From Caedimonas varicaedens (GTDB lineage: Bacteria > Pseudomonadota > Alphaproteobacteria > Caedimonadales > Caedimonadaceae): a stretch of 9,435 nucleotides of DNA. Shown in pieces: positions 6,853 to 9,435 of the stretch; position 1 is the first letter of the stretch; every line of letters begins with the position of its first letter. The stretch covers positions 1-9,435 of the forward strand of contig BBVC01000045.1 of NCBI GenBank assembly GCA_001192655.1, written 5' to 3'. The notes beneath the pieces are model-generated. The model was not told the origin of the DNA and did not search any database. It saw only the letters and a program-made list of their open reading frames with translations. The position numbers and the translations under genes were made by a program.

Positions 6853-7020
6853 CCAATCCTCCCCTTAATTTTTATCTTCCTTCCCAGAGTTTATACTCTG
6901 AAGAGACGAAGTTTTTTTTACGTATAGATCTTAGCAGACATAGATTACGTCAATTTATTTTGCTTTGTCGATAGTTTTTATAAAAACGTCTAAATTCATA
7001 TGAAAAAAGAAGGATAATTT

Positions 7021-7097
7021 TGGTGCGCCCTACAGGATTCGAACCTGTGACCTGCGGCTTAGAAGGCCGACGCTCTATCCAACTGAGCTAAGGGCGC
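7021..7097 (-). tRNA. tRNA-Arg (anticodon UCU), CCA encoded
   Basis: The reverse complement is GCGCCCTTAGCTCAGTTGGATAGAGCGTCGGCCTTCTAAGCCGCAGGTCACAGGTTCGAATCCTGTAGGGCGCACCA. The acceptor stem is GCGCCCT/AGGGCGC, the anticodon loop CTTCTAA and the T-loop GGTTCGAATCC. There is one T:C mismatch at the top of the anticodon stem. Confidence 0.92.
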
Positions 7098-7122
7098 ATA
7101 GAAGATGGTACTTTTAAACCTT

Positions 7123-7159
7123 TTTCTGGTGCTGAAGGGGTGAATCGAAGACGAATCAG
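7123..7159 (-). pseudogene. Degenerate 3'-end remnant of tRNA-Thr; a direct repeat of 8673..8699
   Basis: 7123..7149 (tttctggtgcTgaagGggtgaatcgaa) matches 8673..8699 (tttctggtgcCgaagAggtgaatcgaa) at 25 of 27 positions in the same orientation. The next 9 nt (acgaatcag, 7151..7159) match the anticodon-arm segment 8717..8725, which implies an internal deletion. No 5' half is present. Confidence 0.6.
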
Positions 7160-7382
7160 CTTCGCATCAGCGCAGCATACTTATTTTATAATCCCAGTAT
7201 CACAGTTTTTTCAAGATTCCAAAGAGATTTTTAGGTTTTCTTCCTCCTGTATGACACTTTTAAAATTTATCCGATTCTCTCTATTTTATTGGTTTGGTCA
7301 GGAATCTTTTGTTGAGAAGTGAAGAGCAGGAAAAACAATTTGGTCAGTTTTGATATTCATCCGTCATAAGCTTGAAAACTTG

Positions 7383-7658
7383 TCACCGCCGTTCTAGTTT
7401 TGGTTCTCCTCTTATCTTCATTGATTTTGGAAATAGAGCGCAAAACAAGGAAAGATCGAGCTTCTCTCTTTCTCTGACTTCTTGACCATGAATTAAATTA
7501 TGATCAGAAAGTAAAAGAGGGACAAAGTTCCACCATTCATTTGGCCCATCATAGCCCAGAGGAATAATATGATGAACTTCATATAATGTGAGAGATTGGT
7601 TATAAAAATACTGGTCATTAATAAAAAATTCTGTTTGATCTTCATAAACAGGCCACAC
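7383..7658 (-). CDS. Short HNH-motif nuclease-like ORF, possibly a 5'-degraded remnant
   Basis: The 91-aa ORF starts at a GTG and contains EVHHIIPLGYDGPNEWWNFVPLLLSDHNLIH. This fits the HNH pattern HH..P....G....N..P.....H...H but lacks the usual Cys pairs. The same frame continues upstream through an in-frame TAA (7734..7736) with coding-like sequence (..KKNKLIQYYENHSKEIASGV*RREKRLLFESRKENLIQEWQENYNIV). Confidence 0.45.
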   Translation of the reverse strand: MWPVYEDQTEFFINDQYFYNQSLTLYEVHHIIPLGYDGPNEWWNFVPLLLSDHNLIHGQEVREREKLDLSLFCALFPKSMKIRGEPKLERR

Positions 7659-7925
7659 TATATTATAGTTCTCTTGCCATTCTTGTATTAAATTTTCTTT
7701 TCTGGATTCAAATAGTAAGCGCTTCTCTCTTCTTTAGACACCTGACGCAATCTCTTTACTGTGATTTTCATAATATTGAATTAGTTTGTTCTTTTTTTGA
7801 TTTCTACGTTAGATATTAAGGTTATTTGATCCAGGTAATTCTCGAAAAGATCCCTATTTTTAGTTGCAAAAAGCTTTGCAGGCAATAAGGTTGCGAGAAG
7901 GTACAAAGCAATGCTCTTTCTCACT

Positions 7926-8450
7926 TTATTTTTCTTTCATCCAGTCCTGATAAATAATATCATAGCCTTTAGGCCCCTTGCCAATAGACCAATCTGCAAA
8001 TCCTGAGACTCCGTCCGAGAAGCGTTTGCAGTTGCTGACAAAGTCTCGCGAAGCCTCTACGAGTTTAGAATCAGGCAGGGAGCGTAATTTTAATTTTTCA
8101 TTAGTCAGAAATTCTGCAAATTGCCATGTTTTCTTTTTAAATACAATCCGCCTTTTATTTAGTTCTTCCTTCGTTCTTTGCCATTTTTTCAGTTGGTTAT
8201 TTGCGGTTTCATAGGCGCTTTTCTTCGCTTTTGAGGAGAAAAAACCCGGGTTTTCAGGGACATTGGGTTTGACGCCCGAATCAAACATGCTTTCTTTCAA
8301 TTTAAGGGTTTGATATTGACTTTCACAATTTTGTAAGACGGTTTCCAGTTGTTTTCGCAGGGAAATGTTCTGTGAATCCGAGGCAAAGACAGGGGAGCCA
8401 TCTGCTCCGTAAAAAAAAATGAGGCAAACAAGAGTGCTTTTTTTTATCAT
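7926..8450 (-). CDS. Hypothetical secreted protein (~175 aa from the ATG at 8448..8450; the ORF track extends to a TTG at 8471)
   Basis: MIKKSTLVCLIFFYGADGSPVFA|SDSQ... looks like a Sec signal peptide with an AxA-like cleavage site. The rest is Lys/Glu-rich and I recognise no motif in it. Confidence 0.55.
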   Translation of the reverse strand: MIKKSTLVCLIFFYGADGSPVFASDSQNISLRKQLETVLQNCESQYQTLKLKESMFDSGVKPNVPENPGFFSSKAKKSAYETANNQLKKWQRTKEELNKRRIVFKKKTWQFAEFLTNEKLKLRSLPDSKLVEASRDFVSNCKRFSDGVSGFADWSIGKGPKGYDIIYQDWMKEK

Positions 8451-8676
8451 TTTCCAATTCTCATGAAACAACTACTTTGATTACAACTATTTTCTTCTTT
8501 TTCTGCGTATCTTTTTTTAAGCTTAGCAAAGTGTCGTTAATATTTAGTTAAAAGTAGTGGAAAATCCTTCTGTTTTATGTGTTTATCGAGCGGTTTTTTG
8601 TTAAAAATATGGGATGAGGCTTCGTCGCATTTATGCTTGTCTCTTAAAACAGGTACACCAATCGACGGGTAATTTC

Positions 8677-8752
<76 letters not shown>

Positions 8753-8892
8753 AATACTTTAAAAAATGGCTCTATATAAAGAATTGAAGACATATTTTTT
8801 AAAGCTTATTCTATCTCATTCTATTATTAAAATTGCCATTTTAACCCTTTATAGCTAGCATTGCGCTAGCAGATTAGATAAGAAGAGTTTAA

Positions 8893-8988
8893 ATGCCTAA
8901 ACTAACCAAAAGCGTTATAGACCAGAGTTTTCCAAAAGAAAAGAATTATTTTGTTTGGGACAATGAGATTAAGGGATTTGGCTGTTAA
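8893..8988 (+). pseudogene. N-terminal stub (31 codons) of a tyrosine integrase arm-type DNA-binding domain
   Basis: The ORF is MPKLTKSVIDQSFPKEKNYFVWDNEIKGFGC*. The pattern LTK..ID...P..K.YF.WD.EIKGFG is the typical start of alphaproteobacterial phage and island integrases (DUF4102-type arm domain), which normally continues ...GLRV.PSG.K. Here the ORF stops after GFGC and no catalytic domain follows. Confidence 0.55.
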
Positions 8989-9007
8989 ATTTTAAGAGGT
9001 GAAAAGA

Positions 9008-9139
9008 ATGATTTTGCAACCATTTAGCGGACAGTTGGAAGCGATGCTCTGCGCTACTCAATTGCCGTTAGATGATTGTTATATTGCCTTGAAAGAGGCT
9101 GCTTCTACTCTTAGCCGCATAATTTTCAACGATGCTTAA
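9008..9139 (+). CDS. Small hypothetical ORF (43 aa) with a good ribosome-binding site
   Basis: The AGAGGTG Shine-Dalgarno sits 6 nt before the ATG. The product is MILQPFSGQLEAMLCATQLPLDDCYIALKEAASTLSRIIFNDA. It is below the ORF-track length cutoff and I recognise no motif. A small palindrome (GATGCTTAAAGCATC) spans the stop. Confidence 0.25.
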   Translation: MILQPFSGQLEAMLCATQLPLDDCYIALKEAASTLSRIIFNDA

Positions 9140-9211
9140 AGCATCATGGCTTGAATCGTCTGCCTCAAGATGCACCCCTAAAAGAGAAAAAACATTTAAG
9201 AGTTATGAGAT

Positions 9212-9260
9212 TGGCTCCCCGGGACGGGCTCGAACCGCCGACCCAGTGATTAACAGTCAC
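9212..9260 (-). pseudogene. 3'-half fragment of tRNA-Asn (GUU): anticodon arm through CCA only
   Basis: The reverse complement is GTGACTGTTAATCACTGGGTCGGCGGTTCGAGCCCGTCCCGGGGAGCCA. It has the anticodon loop CTGTTAA, the T-loop GGTTCGAGCC, the acceptor 3' strand CCGGGGA and then G-CCA. The sequence where the D-arm and 5' acceptor strand (TCCCCGG) should be (9261..9290) shows neither. Confidence 0.65.
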
Positions 9261-9386
9261 AAAATCATCCTATCCTTATATTCTTCTCCTTTCTTTTTTA
9301 ATGCTGTTATCGCTGAATTTAAAGGAATTTTAGAGCTATAGTGCTTTTGTTAATACCATGAAATACCTCCTCTTGCCGCCTCTGTT

Positions 9387-9404
9387 GGTACATTTATGGT
9401 ACAT
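9387..9404 (+). repeat. Tandem GGTACAT-N4-GGTACAT motif, right copy; it sits just upstream of an RBS and a gene start
   Basis: The sequence is GGTACATttatGGTACAT. It is followed by aaaaat, then GAGGAG (9411..9416) and an ATG (9423). Confidence 0.5.
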
Positions 9405-9422
9405 AAAAATGAGGAGATAAGA

Positions 9423-9435
9423 ATGTCAACATCGG
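9423..9435 (+). CDS. Possible 5' end of a CDS running off the window (MSTS...)
   Basis: A GAGGAG Shine-Dalgarno lies 6 nt upstream of the ATG. Only 13 nt are visible, so this rests on the start context alone. Confidence 0.25.

Noticed and set aside
6753-6974. 73-aa plus-strand ORF across the OMP gene start and its upstream region
   Set aside because: It overlaps the 5' end and the RBS/promoter region of the minus-strand OMP gene. It has no RBS and an implausible composition.
7140-7322. 60-aa plus-strand ORF
   Set aside because: It begins at a GTG inside the tRNA-Thr remnant and runs through AT-rich non-coding DNA. It has no RBS.
7978-8214. 78-aa plus-strand ORF
   Set aside because: It is antisense to the signal-peptide ORF 7926..8450, which is the better-supported reading.
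9132-9341. 69-aa plus-strand ORF
   Set aside because: It reads antisense through the tRNA-Asn 3' fragment (GSPGRARTADPV is the tRNA T-arm translated).

Overview
The window reads as chromosome from an alphaproteobacterium-like organism, because it carries a clear CtrA-type response regulator. GC content is moderate to low. The core genes are: (i) a tricorn-type S41 protease on the minus strand, split into two ORFs (316..1854 and 1851..3527); (ii) a peptide-deformylase homolog (3769..4311, minus) whose catalytic and metal-binding motifs are all substituted, with a His-rich tail; (iii) ctrA (4523..5344, plus) with a long C-terminal tail; (iv) a FadL/TodX-family outer-membrane beta-barrel (5623..6852, minus). 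The tricorn split sits exactly where a dnaX-like A_AAA_AAG heptamer lies in the correct register for a -1 shift. The right third is a tRNA-rich, scarred accessory zone. It holds intact tRNA-Arg(UCU) and tRNA-Thr(CGU), a degenerate direct repeat of the tRNA-Thr 3' end, and about 1.5 kb of AT-rich DNA between that repeat and the intact gene, encoding a short HNH-motif ORF and a signal-peptide protein. It also holds a 31-codon stub of an arm-type integrase and a 3'-half fragment of tRNA-Asn(GUU). tRNA-Glu(UUC) lies at the left edge. An 18-nt tandem GGTACAT-N4-GGTACAT motif occurs at both window edges, each time near a tRNA or tRNA fragment. I found no CRISPR array, rRNA or complete mobile element. 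All functional calls come from reading the translations against remembered family motifs. No database search was possible.
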